64,000 nt of DNA from a virus (IMGVR_UViG_3300046786_000157:1-64000), one strand, 5' to 3'; counted from the stretch's first letter, positions 16,130-26,229 are shown. Made by a program: numbers and translations. Notes: a model not told the origin generated them from the sequence alone.

Positions 16130-18640
16130 ATGCCAACCGGATCATCAACATCAACTCAGTGGACACAAGCCGCGGCTGCCGCTGAAAACTCTGCCCTAGA
16201 AGCAGATAAAGCCGCATTTAATGCTGAACAAGCGGTGTTAGACGCTAAAGCAAATGTATATAAAGCCCAGTTAGCAATCGAAACAGCCACATCACAGGGC
16301 AACCCAACAGCTATAGCGACTGCAAAGCAACAATTAGCTTCGGCTCAAAACTTAGTAACGACTTCACAGGCTACTGCTACTCAAATTAGACAACAAGCAG
16401 ATAATGCTAGCGCCGCATATGAAGCGGCCCTAGCAAAAGCACAAGCTAACGCCTCAAGCCCTCAATCTGAAGTAACACCTCCTCCAGCGGCTGCAACACC
16501 TGGAAATCCAACATCATATCAATATGTACCTTCAACAGTTACACCAGTAACATCACCTGCACCTGATACATTTTCTGCATCGTCTGTTACTACTAGTACA
16601 TATACCAATACAACTACCACAGTAGTAGAAAATACTACAGGTGGCGGGTCAGTCACTACTGTCTCTGTCCCTGCAATATCTACACCTAAAAGTACAGCAC
16701 TAGACGCACAAGCCGAAGCGGCACAGAAGCAAGCGGACTTGTTAAGTTTAAATCCAAACACCTCATTCGGTCAACGTGCATTAGATAGAAAATTAGCAGA
16801 AGGCACTATTACTCAAGAACAATATAATTATGTTAAAGGATTGAGTAATGAAGAACGAGTTGCTGCCAGAATTGCAGAGTCAGACAAAGCGATGGAACTA
16901 CGTTCTCAAGCAAGTGCAGCCGAATATCAGCCTCCTCCATCTGTAACTGTAGTACCAAATCAAAATACAACTGATGTTTCTGTAACAAATATCAAAACAA
17001 GTTCAGTTTCACAGGCAACTACAATTAACGGAAATGCAACAGGATATAACGTAACTACAGAAACAATTGACGGTGTTCAGTATCAAGTAACTAAAGATGC
17101 CAATGGTGCAACAATTTCGTATACTGCACCTGATGGCACTTCAATAAACTTAGGAACACCTGTGTATTCTACAAGTTCACAACCTGTACCAAATACACCA
17201 TCGACAGGAACACCATATGATGATAACGGTAACTTAAATCCAGGATGGGGTATCGGTGACAACGGAGACCCTGTTTGGGTTGAAGCAGGATACGTAGATG
17301 CAACTGGTGAAGTTATAGGTAAACAACAAACAGTACCAAATACACCTTCGACAGGTACACCGTATGACGACAATGGCAATTTAAACCCCGGTTGGGGTAT
17401 TAACGAGAATGGAGATCCTGTATGGGTTGAAGCCGGATACATAGATTCAACCGGCGAAGTTATAGGTAAACAACAAACAGTACCGAATACGCCGTCTACA
17501 GGAACACCATATGATGATGAAGGTAATTTAAACCCTGGTTGGGGTCTTAACGAGAATGGAGACCCTGTTTGGGTTGAAGCAGGATACATAGATGCAACTG
17601 GTGAAGTTATAGGTAAACAAAAAACAATTCCGACTGGTAGTATACAAGGTCCTCCGTATGACGATGAGGGCAACTTAATGCCCGGATGGTCGTTAGATGA
17701 AAATAATAACCCTGTATGGGTTGGTAATAATGCTGACGGTAGTATATTTGTTGAACCAGCGACACAAGCAAGTGCAGATGCATCAAGAGCAGCCGCAAAA
17801 GGCTTGACAGCAAAAAAACTTGATACTAATTCTCAAGCTACACAACAAGACGTTTCTAACTTTAAGCAAAAAGAAGACTGGAGAGTACGATTAAGTTTAG
17901 CTCCGAGTGCAGATTATTTGTACAAAGTACCAAAAGGGTCTGCGGGTATATTAGAGCCTTTACAAGCAACTGATGGGGTTATCTTCCCATATACTCCTCA
18001 AATACAAGTAAATTATCAGGCTAACTACGACCCTACAGATTTAACACACAGTAACTATAAGATTTTTCAATATCGAAATAGTGGCGTAGATTCTGTTTCT
18101 ATCACTTGTGACTTTACTGCACAGGATACATATGAAGCAAATTATCTGCTAGCAGTTATTCATTTCTTCAGAAGCGTTACTAAGATGTTTTATGGTCAAG
18201 ATCAAAATCCAAAACCAGGCACACCCCCACCATTGTGTTACCTTTCTGGTTTGGGTGCATTCCAATTTGATGCACACCCATTAGCAATTACAAGTTTTAA
18301 TTATAGCCTACCATCTGATGTGGACTATATACGTGCGGGTGCAGTAACTGCGGGAGCCGGCGTAAATAGATCACCTTCAAACACAGTGAACAATTCACAA
18401 AATATATCATCTACTAGACTTGGCCCAGGCATCGGCGCCGGCGGCACAGGTACAGGTCCGATATTTACTACACCACCAGGAACAGTAGATCCTACATATG
18501 TACCTACAAAGATTCAATTGTCAATTGGTGCAATACCTATTATAACTCGTAATGATATTAGTAATAAATTTAGTCTCAAAGAATATGCAACAGGTGCCCT
18601 ATTACGTGGCACAAGACGCCAAGGCGGAGGAATTTGGTAA
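16130..18640 (+). CDS. Baseplate tail-tube initiator/cap-like protein (gp48/gp54 family) with a long N-terminal extension and repeats
   Basis: C-terminal tube-like domain (GVIFPYTPQIQVNY...ITCDFTAQ...AVIHFFRSVTKMFYG...PPPLCYL...ITSFNYSLP), directly upstream of gp53. Confidence 0.65.
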   Translation: MPTGSSTSTQWTQAAAAAENSALEADKAAFNAEQAVLDAKANVYKAQLAIETATSQGNPTAIATAKQQLASAQNLVTTSQATATQIRQQADNASAAYEAALAKAQANASSPQSEVTPPPAAATPGNPTSYQYVPSTVTPVTSPAPDTFSASSVTTSTYTNTTTTVVENTTGGGSVTTVSVPAISTPKSTALDAQAEAAQKQADLLSLNPNTSFGQRALDRKLAEGTITQEQYNYVKGLSNEERVAARIAESDKAMELRSQASAAEYQPPPSVTVVPNQNTTDVSVTNIKTSSVSQATTINGNATGYNVTTETIDGVQYQVTKDANGATISYTAPDGTSINLGTPVYSTSSQPVPNTPSTGTPYDDNGNLNPGWGIGDNGDPVWVEAGYVDATGEVIGKQQTVPNTPSTGTPYDDNGNLNPGWGINENGDPVWVEAGYIDSTGEVIGKQQTVPNTPSTGTPYDDEGNLNPGWGLNENGDPVWVEAGYIDATGEVIGKQKTIPTGSIQGPPYDDEGNLMPGWSLDENNNPVWVGNNADGSIFVEPATQASADASRAAAKGLTAKKLDTNSQATQQDVSNFKQKEDWRVRLSLAPSADYLYKVPKGSAGILEPLQATDGVIFPYTPQIQVNYQANYDPTDLTHSNYKIFQYRNSGVDSVSITCDFTAQDTYEANYLLAVIHFFRSVTKMFYGQDQNPKPGTPPPLCYLSGLGAFQFDAHPLAITSFNYSLPSDVDYIRAGAVTAGAGVNRSPSNTVNNSQNISSTRLGPGIGAGGTGTGPIFTTPPGTVDPTYVPTKIQLSIGAIPIITRNDISNKFSLKEYATGALLRGTRRQGGGIW
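17186..17724 (+). repeat. 147-bp (49-aa) tandem coding repeat: three full copies plus one degenerate copy
   Basis: Units start at 17186, 17333, 17480 and 17627; unit sequence VPNTPSTGTPYDD(N/E)GNLNPGWGxxxNGDPVWVEAGYxDxTGEVIGKQQT. Confidence 0.95.
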
Positions 18641-18951
18641 TGGCAAATAACAGTTTATACCCGGCAACAAGCCCATATTATAATACAGATGTGGTTGGTG
18701 GTAAGTTCTTAGATATAATGAACTATCGTCCTATCCCTATGTTACCTTCTGACATTTATTATGAAATCAAATCAGTGTACGAATACAGACCTGATATGTT
18801 AGCGTATGACTTATACGGAAATAGTAAATTGTGGTGGGTATTTGCAGAACGAAATCCCAATAGATTAAAAGATCCTTACTTTGACTTTGTTACCGGTTTG
18901 GGAATATATATTCCTAAAGCAGAAATGTTAAATCAAGTTCTAGGCCTATAA
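18640..18951 (+). CDS. gp53: Baseplate wedge LysM-like protein
   Basis: Motif YEIKSVYEYRPDMLAYDLYGNSKLWWVFAERN. Start set at the TAATG overlap, with SD GGAGG. Confidence 0.85.
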   Translation: MANNSLYPATSPYYNTDVVGGKFLDIMNYRPIPMLPSDIYYEIKSVYEYRPDMLAYDLYGNSKLWWVFAERNPNRLKDPYFDFVTGLGIYIPKAEMLNQVLGL

Positions 18952-21900
18952 ATGACAACACAAGCAGACATACAATTAGCAATTGATACTTATCAAGCAC
19001 TAGTAGATGAGGCAACCCCCAGAGTTGAGGAGTTTAAAGCTAGAGCACAAGCTATTCTAGATAACCCCACTGATCCAGAGGCAGAGTCTAAATTAGCCGC
19101 AATGACGGCGGAGTATAAAGAACTTCAAAGCTTGGTTAACCCTACTTCAACATTGAATAATACTGCATTGGTTAATGCATTCAATGATGCATCCTCAGAA
19201 GATAGGGTAGCCACTCGTGCCGCTGTTACAGCAGTGCAAAATAATTGGAAAGCCACGGTAAATATAGCGATAGCTTATAAAGCTATAAAGAAACAAGCTG
19301 AAGAAGCAGTTGCTTCTGCAAAAAATCCTGAAAAAGATACAAACCCGGCGCCAGTCGATCCGGGAGCACCGGGAAGTACAAACACCGATCAACAAAATAA
19401 AGCATATGTTAAATCTGGTTCAGCAGATGATGACTCAGGTAATATTCAGCGATTTGATGATGGGTCAAGCATACAGACATTTGACGATGGATCTACCTTA
19501 GTCACTGATAGTGATGGTAATATTACATCTACACCTGCTGTAAATTCAGGTACTACTGTCGCAGGTAAGTCTAGCACACCAGCCGCAAAAGCTAGTAAGC
19601 CTAAACCAGGAAGACGATTACAGAACCCTTTGGGTGAATTTTCTAGCTACACTTACCAGTTAACTTTGTACATGATTACGCCAGATGCGTATGATGCTTT
19701 CATTGCTTCAGGTAGAAAAACGATTGATGTATTAACGGGTGAGAATGCAACTGGTGAATCAGGTGGAGCATACATTATTGCTCAAAGTGGTGGTGTAAAC
19801 AATACTGCAAGTAAACGAGCACCCGGATTTGAATTAGATTATTACATTGATGATTTAAAAATAACATCAAACACAAACGGTAAAGAAACACAAACTGCAT
19901 CAAACGTTAGTGAGATGAGTTTTAACATATATGAACCATACGGTTTTTCTTTTATCTCTAAATTAAAATTTGCAGGTGAAGCACTACAGAAAAAGAGTAA
20001 AACTAAAAACTTCGAGGGATTACAAAACCCATCTAAACAGTTCTTTATCTTAGGAGTACGATTTCAAGGATATGACAAGAACGGTAAAATTGTTAACGGA
20101 TCAGAAAAATTTGGTGGCAATGGCGATGTATTAGATCCTAATGCAGGTAAGAACGGTGGAGTTTTCCAAACGTTCTATGACATAATGTTAACAGGTATTA
20201 AGTTCAAGATTGATGGTAGAGCTACTACTTACAGTATCACTGCGGCATCATTACCACCTGCAACAGCAATGGGTATCAAGCGCAGTAGAATTGATAAAGG
20301 TGCTACTATTGTTGCCAACACTGTTAGAGAAGCAATTGATGGTGAAGGTGAAGGTGTTGAAGGTTTGTTAACTAAGATGAACAAGACACAAGAAGATTAT
20401 AAGAAGAATGGTTCTATTGAAATCCCAAACGTGTACAAAGTGCGATTCATTGGCAACAAAGAAGAACTTGGTTTTAAAGAATTAGAAACAGCAAGTATCG
20501 TCAGTAAAGCTGACTTAGATAAGTCTAAGTGGCGAATGAGTAACATTAAAAATAAAACTGGCGTTAATGATAGTACTTCAGCGGCAGTTAAACCTGATAG
20601 TACTAAGCGTCAAGTAGTGTTTCCAAGCGACACTCCAATATTACAGGCTATCAGTCAAATTATTGCACAGAGTTCATTCTTGGAAGAAGCAATGAAGGTT
20701 GTATATACTGATAATCTTGAACCAGAATCCGGTTCTAACTCAGACGATGAAATAAAACCTGGCACTGAAAAAACTATTCGTTGGTATAATTTAAGTTCTG
20801 AAGTAAGATGTTTGGGTTGGGATAACAAAGTAGGTGACTTTGCATTTGAAATAACTTATGTTATCCAACCGTATGATACTCCTGTAGTAATGAGCGCATA
20901 TACTAATGCGGCGGCAAAATATTACGGCCCGCACAAACGATATGAATATTGGTATACTGGTAAAAACTCAGAAATTCTTAACTACGAACAAACACTTAAC
21001 AACGCATATTTCAACGTAGCACTAGCTCCGTCGGGCGATGGTGCATCACAAGGTGGTGCAACTGATACAGCAACAGCACCCGGTAAGAGACAAAATCAAT
21101 CAAGAGTTGGTAAACTAGATGTTGGTATGGAAGCACAAAACTCATACATGACTAGCTTATTTGATCCAGGATCATATGCAGAAGCTAGAGTGACTATTAT
21201 GGGCGACCCTGACTTCTTAGTACAAGAATCACCCGGTAGCGTTAATGATGTATACAATCAATTTTATGGTACTGATGGGTATCGTATCAATGCCAATGGT
21301 GGACAAGTTTTCATTGAGATTAATTTTAAAGAAGCACAAGACTATAGTAACACAACTGGTTTGTTAAGTATAAACGAGTCAATCTTATTTTGGAAATATC
21401 CTAGTGCAATCCTTAAAGATATTGCGTCACGTGGCGGCGGAATAAGCTACATGGTTATTAAAGTTGTTAGTACATTTAAAGGTGGTAAGTTCACGCAAGA
21501 TTTAAGTTGTAGTGTTAACACATTTGGTGGTGAATCTGATGAAGTTGCGGCAGATACTGCGGGCGGCAGAGAACCAGCAACACAAGCTTCAGTGCGAGCA
21601 GTAGATAATGCAATTGATGCACAGTCAGCAACTAACGCTTCTGGTTCAACTAATGCGGGCAACGGTTTAGTACCAAACCCAACTACAACTGATGCAAAAG
21701 TTAACGGAGCAAGTACGACAACTGATTCATCAGGAATGTCTCCTGAAGCATCCACTAGTTCACAGGTTACAAGCCCTACAGGCGGCTCATCTGCTACGAA
21801 TGGAATAGCACCTGTCGCAACAAACGTTAGCGGAGTGAGTGGAACTGCAGAGGGTACAGGTGCTGAGGGAGCAAAATGGACCTCTATATATAATCAATAT

Positions 21901-22179
21901 CTGAGAACAGGAAATAAGAATGCATTTGTTATCATAGATACTCCTGCAGGAAATACCACAGTCGATGGTACCCCAGCTGAAGTTATAGCAAAACTAAATG
22001 CATCTATACAAAAATATGCCGCTTATCCAAATTTTGTTGCATTGTATACTGCGGCACGTGATGCAGTAATACAACAAGAACAAACATATACAGTTGAGTT
22101 TAATAAACTGTTAACTGCTTCAGGGAAAACCGGAGGCGGTTCTGCTAATAAGGCAGTTGTTGACGATGATGCAGGTTAA
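18952..22179 (+). CDS. Large baseplate hub protein (probable gp27/VgrG-like core) with N- and C-terminal extensions
   Basis: Lies between gp53 and gp5. Beta-rich core (NPLGEFSSYTYQLTL...FNIYEPYG...ARVTIMGDPDFL...YMVIKVVSTFKGGKFTQDL) flanked by low-complexity linkers. Confidence 0.55.
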   Translation: MTTQADIQLAIDTYQALVDEATPRVEEFKARAQAILDNPTDPEAESKLAAMTAEYKELQSLVNPTSTLNNTALVNAFNDASSEDRVATRAAVTAVQNNWKATVNIAIAYKAIKKQAEEAVASAKNPEKDTNPAPVDPGAPGSTNTDQQNKAYVKSGSADDDSGNIQRFDDGSSIQTFDDGSTLVTDSDGNITSTPAVNSGTTVAGKSSTPAAKASKPKPGRRLQNPLGEFSSYTYQLTLYMITPDAYDAFIASGRKTIDVLTGENATGESGGAYIIAQSGGVNNTASKRAPGFELDYYIDDLKITSNTNGKETQTASNVSEMSFNIYEPYGFSFISKLKFAGEALQKKSKTKNFEGLQNPSKQFFILGVRFQGYDKNGKIVNGSEKFGGNGDVLDPNAGKNGGVFQTFYDIMLTGIKFKIDGRATTYSITAASLPPATAMGIKRSRIDKGATIVANTVREAIDGEGEGVEGLLTKMNKTQEDYKKNGSIEIPNVYKVRFIGNKEELGFKELETASIVSKADLDKSKWRMSNIKNKTGVNDSTSAAVKPDSTKRQVVFPSDTPILQAISQIIAQSSFLEEAMKVVYTDNLEPESGSNSDDEIKPGTEKTIRWYNLSSEVRCLGWDNKVGDFAFEITYVIQPYDTPVVMSAYTNAAAKYYGPHKRYEYWYTGKNSEILNYEQTLNNAYFNVALAPSGDGASQGGATDTATAPGKRQNQSRVGKLDVGMEAQNSYMTSLFDPGSYAEARVTIMGDPDFLVQESPGSVNDVYNQFYGTDGYRINANGGQVFIEINFKEAQDYSNTTGLLSINESILFWKYPSAILKDIASRGGGISYMVIKVVSTFKGGKFTQDLSCSVNTFGGESDEVAADTAGGREPATQASVRAVDNAIDAQSATNASGSTNAGNGLVPNPTTTDAKVNGASTTTDSSGMSPEASTSSQVTSPTGGSSATNGIAPVATNVSGVSGTAEGTGAEGAKWTSIYNQYLRTGNKNAFVIIDTPAGNTTVDGTPAEVIAKLNASIQKYAAYPNFVALYTAARDAVIQQEQTYTVEFNKLLTASGKTGGGSANKAVVDDDAG

Positions 22180-22205
22180 TAATAAACCTTTAAGGTAAAG
22201 AGAAC

Positions 22206-25200
22206 ATGGCAGAAGACTATTTTAAGCCGAGAGGCAGAACTAAAGCAAGTGAACCAGATGCAGGTGGCGCAGTAACACGTGAAGTACCGGTATTTGGTAT
22301 TGTGAAAGACAATATTGATCCTACACGATCAGGTAGATTACGTGTGTATATATCTGACTTGGGTGGTGATGATCCTGATGATTCAGATAGCTGGTCAACT
22401 GTATCATATATGACTCCGTTTTATGGTCGCACTGAACCTTCAGGTGGCGATACTGGTTACGGAGAGTTTACTACTAACCCTAGTTCATATGGTATGTGGT
22501 CTAGTCCACCTGATATTGGTAGTAAAGTTATTTGTTTGTTTGTTAACGGTGATCCTAACTATGGCTTTTGGATTGGTTGTGTACCAGAACCCGAAGCATT
22601 GTTTATGGTTCCTGCCATAGGTTCTAGCGACAAAGTTATTACTAACGAAGGTGAAGCGCAAAGTTACGGTGGGGCAACAAGACTCCCTGTAACAAACATG
22701 AATTCTAATAACACTGACATATCAGATAGCCCTACATTTTTAAATGAACCTAAACCAGTTCACAGTTATGTTGCTTCGATTCTAAGTCAACAGGGTTTAA
22801 TTCGTGATCCTATACGCGGTACTATTAGTACAAGCGCACAACGAGAAAGCCCATCACGTGTGGGCTGGGGTGTAAGCTCTCCTGGTAGACCAATATATGA
22901 AGGTGGGTTTACCGATGAGTCAGTCGCAGATGCGGCTGGTAATAGCAGTACTGGTGGAGAAGGATTAAAAGTTATTGCTCGTAGAGGTGGTCATTCTATT
23001 GTAATGGATGACGGTGACTTAACGGGTTCGGATCAATTAGTAAGAATTAGAACAGCATTGGGTCATCAGATATTAATGAGTGATGATGGACAATGTTTGT
23101 TTATTATTCACAGTAACGGACAGAGTTGGATTGAGTTAGGTAAAGAAGGTACAATTGATATGTACGCTACTAACTCAGTTAACATTAGAACACAAGGTGA
23201 TTTGAACCTACATGCTGATAATAATATTAACATGCATGCCGCAAAGCAGTTGAATGTACAAGCAGAATCAATTAACATCAATTCTGAAAAAGATACTAAT
23301 CATAAAGTAGGTACTGATTATAGCGTTTATACAAAGGGTAAAGAAACTCACAAAGTTGATGCTCAAATGAGTTTTGAATCAGGTAGTGATGCATCATTTG
23401 CTAGTAAGAATTTAACATATATCAATGGTAGTAAAGTAAACTTGAATACAGGATCGACTGGTACTGCCCCTAAAGTAGTCCCACCAATACCTATTCAAGC
23501 TCACACTGACACACTGTTTGATGCAATTAAAGGATATGCGGCAGCACCCGGAAAACTACTATCTATCGTAAGTAGAGCACCTGCTCACGCACCGTGGGCA
23601 AACTGGGGTCAAGGAGTTGACGTTAAGACTAGCACAAACGCTAGTTCAGAATTGCCGGCGCCACCAGCACCTGCAGTAGCAAAAACAAATGCAGCCGTTA
23701 ATGGAGCAACTCCGGCAACAGTGACTGCGGCAACAGCCGCAACAGTACCACCGGTAAATGCAGTAAGCGCGGCTCTAGATAAAAATACAACAGCCGCTAT
23801 GGTAGGCGCTGTAGCAAAATCAGCCGCAGAAGGCCCAGCAGCCGCAGCCGTCAAAGCCGGCGCAGGTATAGTACAAACAGCACAAGGTGCAGTAGCCGCA
23901 GTTGGTAATCTAGCACAGACTCCTAAACAATTAGAAGAAGCGGGTATATTAAAACCTGGCGCCGCAACATTAGTCAACTCGTTAGTTCAAGGTGGTGCAA
24001 ACATTGCCGCCTCAATGACAAACAACTTGTTTACTGGTAAACCCGGAGCAGAAACATTAACTAAATTTGTTCAAAACACCGGTGCTCAAGTACAAGCACA
24101 AGTAGAGTTATTCCAAAAGTCTCAAACATCATTAACTTCTGCTGGTGTTATGACCGGTAAAGAAGCCCCTGGAGCAGTAGCAGGTCTAGTAATGTCTGGA
24201 GCACAAGTGGGAATTAATGCTACATTAGATGTTGTGAAGAATGTAGCATCTTCAGCGACCGCTGCCGTTACAGGAGTTACTAATGCTATCAACGGAGCAG
24301 TAGGTGGCGCGGCAAGTGCATTAAATGGTGCATTGGCAGGTGCGACTAACGCAGTTAACGGAGCAGTTAATAGCTTGACTGGCGCAGTTGCAGGAGCAAT
24401 GTCTAGTGGTAATTTTGCCGCATCATTAGCAACAACTACTACAGGTGGATTGGGATCTATTGCAGGGGCATTGACTAGTGCAGCCAAAAAAGCAGGCGAC
24501 GGCATAAGTGGACTGTTAGATACTGCAAAAGGAGTTGCAGGCTCAGCATTTGCAGCCGTAACAAGCGCATTCAAACCCTTTAAAGCAGGTGTTCCTCAAA
24601 ACTTAACTGCAATTGCAGAAGCAAACGCAAAAGAGTTGGCTGATAAGGCTGCGGGAATTGCTTCGGCAGCAGCCTCAGTACCTGGTTCAGTTGCAGGAGC
24701 ATTAGGTCAAGCAACTAATGCACTTGGTCAAGCAACTAATGCATTAGGTGGGGCATTAACTGCCGCAGTAGGAAGTGCTACCGGCGGACTTCAAGGAGCA
24801 CTATCAGGTGCATCTAGTTTAACAGGTGCATTAACAAGCGCAGTCACAGCAGTGGGCAACACTGTTTCTAGTGTAGCAAATGGCGTATCATCTGCTATAG
24901 CAGGCGTGACTAAAGGTGTAACTACGGCAATGCAAGGTGTAAGTAGCGGATTGTCTGCTATACCCGGTGGACAAAATGCAATATCATCAGTCGTAAACAA
25001 TGCTAAAGGCATTTTAAATGCTGTTCCTGGAACAGGGGCAATTACAGGATTGATTAACAACGTATCTACCGCAGTTACTAATGGCATATCAGGCGCCGCA
25101 AGTTTAGCTAGTGGTGCAGCCTCATTGACTGGAGTAACTAGTAGTTTAACTGCCGCAGCCGGTAGCCTAACAGGTGCATTGAATAGCGCAACTGGATCTC

Positions 25201-25706
25201 TAAGTGCAGCCTTAACGGGTGGAATTGATGCATTAAAGAAAGGTGCAACCTCACTATCATCTTTAGCATTGAATAGCTTACCTCCCGGATTAGGAGCACA
25301 GTTATCTGCGGCAATGAACTCATTGTCAGCGGGTGGATCATTGCCAATCAAGTTACCAACTGTTGCAACTAACACATTAGACAGAAGTGAACTCAATGCA
25401 CAATTATCTAGTGTATTGGGTAATGCAAAGATTCCTGTGCCAAACTTCTCCGGTGGACAAGCAGAGGCTAGCCTGCAATTATCAAAGAAACAGACAGAAT
25501 CATACGCACAATATGATACTATCAAGAAAGACCTTGAAAAAGCACAAGACGACATATTTGATCTCAAGAAGGCGTATTATACTGCTAAGAAAGACTTACC
25601 TGCAGGTGATCCAGGGGTTGAATCTGCAAGAGATGCATTGTATGCTAAAGAAACGGAAATAGTAGCAATACGCAAAGAGCTACAACGTCTAGCTACAACA
25701 GCATAA
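22206..25706 (+). CDS. gp5: Baseplate central spike (gp5-like) with a long Ala/Gly-rich C-terminal extension
   Basis: OB-fold motifs GIVKDNIDPTRSGRLRV and PDIGSKVICLFVNGDPNYGFWIGC; beta-helix region GHSIVMDDG...RIRTALGHQILMSD...GQSWIEL; followed by gp25. Confidence 0.88.
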   Translation: MAEDYFKPRGRTKASEPDAGGAVTREVPVFGIVKDNIDPTRSGRLRVYISDLGGDDPDDSDSWSTVSYMTPFYGRTEPSGGDTGYGEFTTNPSSYGMWSSPPDIGSKVICLFVNGDPNYGFWIGCVPEPEALFMVPAIGSSDKVITNEGEAQSYGGATRLPVTNMNSNNTDISDSPTFLNEPKPVHSYVASILSQQGLIRDPIRGTISTSAQRESPSRVGWGVSSPGRPIYEGGFTDESVADAAGNSSTGGEGLKVIARRGGHSIVMDDGDLTGSDQLVRIRTALGHQILMSDDGQCLFIIHSNGQSWIELGKEGTIDMYATNSVNIRTQGDLNLHADNNINMHAAKQLNVQAESININSEKDTNHKVGTDYSVYTKGKETHKVDAQMSFESGSDASFASKNLTYINGSKVNLNTGSTGTAPKVVPPIPIQAHTDTLFDAIKGYAAAPGKLLSIVSRAPAHAPWANWGQGVDVKTSTNASSELPAPPAPAVAKTNAAVNGATPATVTAATAATVPPVNAVSAALDKNTTAAMVGAVAKSAAEGPAAAAVKAGAGIVQTAQGAVAAVGNLAQTPKQLEEAGILKPGAATLVNSLVQGGANIAASMTNNLFTGKPGAETLTKFVQNTGAQVQAQVELFQKSQTSLTSAGVMTGKEAPGAVAGLVMSGAQVGINATLDVVKNVASSATAAVTGVTNAINGAVGGAASALNGALAGATNAVNGAVNSLTGAVAGAMSSGNFAASLATTTTGGLGSIAGALTSAAKKAGDGISGLLDTAKGVAGSAFAAVTSAFKPFKAGVPQNLTAIAEANAKELADKAAGIASAAASVPGSVAGALGQATNALGQATNALGGALTAAVGSATGGLQGALSGASSLTGALTSAVTAVGNTVSSVANGVSSAIAGVTKGVTTAMQGVSSGLSAIPGGQNAISSVVNNAKGILNAVPGTGAITGLINNVSTAVTNGISGAASLASGAASLTGVTSSLTAAAGSLTGALNSATGSLSAALTGGIDALKKGATSLSSLALNSLPPGLGAQLSAAMNSLSAGGSLPIKLPTVATNTLDRSELNAQLSSVLGNAKIPVPNFSGGQAEASLQLSKKQTESYAQYDTIKKDLEKAQDDIFDLKKAYYTAKKDLPAGDPGVESARDALYAKETEIVAIRKELQRLATTA

Positions 25707-25709
25707 ATA
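25702..25709 (+). promoter_or_regulatory. Late promoter CATAAATA
   Basis: Overlaps the gp5 stop codon, upstream of the SD AAGGA of gp25. Confidence 0.6.
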
Positions 25710-25724
25710 AATTAAAGGATACGT

Positions 25725-26174
25725 ATGCCATCATACATTGGATTTAGTACAATTAACGCTAACAAACCGCAGTCAACTGACTTGTCTACCGGTTCGTCAG
25801 GTGGTGTCGGTGGCATACTGCAACCTGTTGTTTATGGAAAAAAGTTTAGATCCGTTGATGAACAATTAGTAATTCAAGATTTCATTAACGCATTGAACAT
25901 CCCCCAAGGTCAAAAAGTTGGTAATCCTGCATATGGTACAACACTGTGGTCTTTCGTGTTTGAACCTAATACAGCAGACGTTCAATTTCAGTTAGAAAAT
26001 GAAATCAGACGAGTTGCAAGCTTGGATCCCAGAATGATATTAAATTCTGTAAAGGCATATCCACAAGAAAATGGCATTTTGATTGAAGTAGAGCTAGCTA
26101 TTTCTCCCTTCAACAATGCACAATTCTTAAACGTATTCTTTAGCAATCAAACAAATACTGCTAGCGCACAATAA
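25725..26174 (+). CDS. gp25: Baseplate wedge subunit
   Basis: Motif LVIQDFINALNIPQGQKVGNPAYGTTLWSFVFEP...DPR of the gp25/GPW family. Confidence 0.9.
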   Translation: MPSYIGFSTINANKPQSTDLSTGSSGGVGGILQPVVYGKKFRSVDEQLVIQDFINALNIPQGQKVGNPAYGTTLWSFVFEPNTADVQFQLENEIRRVASLDPRMILNSVKAYPQENGILIEVELAISPFNNAQFLNVFFSNQTNTASAQ

Positions 26175-26201
26175 CCCTTAAAAACCGGTGTTTTCAGGTA
26201 T

Positions 26202-26209
26202 GATAAATA
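26202..26209 (+). promoter_or_regulatory. Late promoter GATAAATA
   Basis: Intergenic, 20 nt before the gp6 ATG. Confidence 0.65.
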
Positions 26210-26229
26210 CTTAAAAGAGAACACTATCC

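Noticed and set aside
17186-17724. CRISPR array or DGR template/variable pair
   Set aside because: The repeats are in-frame, contiguous coding units with mostly synonymous changes. There are no spacers, no adenine-specific variation and no reverse transcriptase in the window.
23609-25567. Long antisense ORFs opposite gp5 and the tape measure (e.g. 24791..25567, 7044..7601)
   Set aside because: These are expected shadows of Ala/Gly-rich coding sequence, which is poor in antisense stop codons; they have no SD, promoter or motif support.
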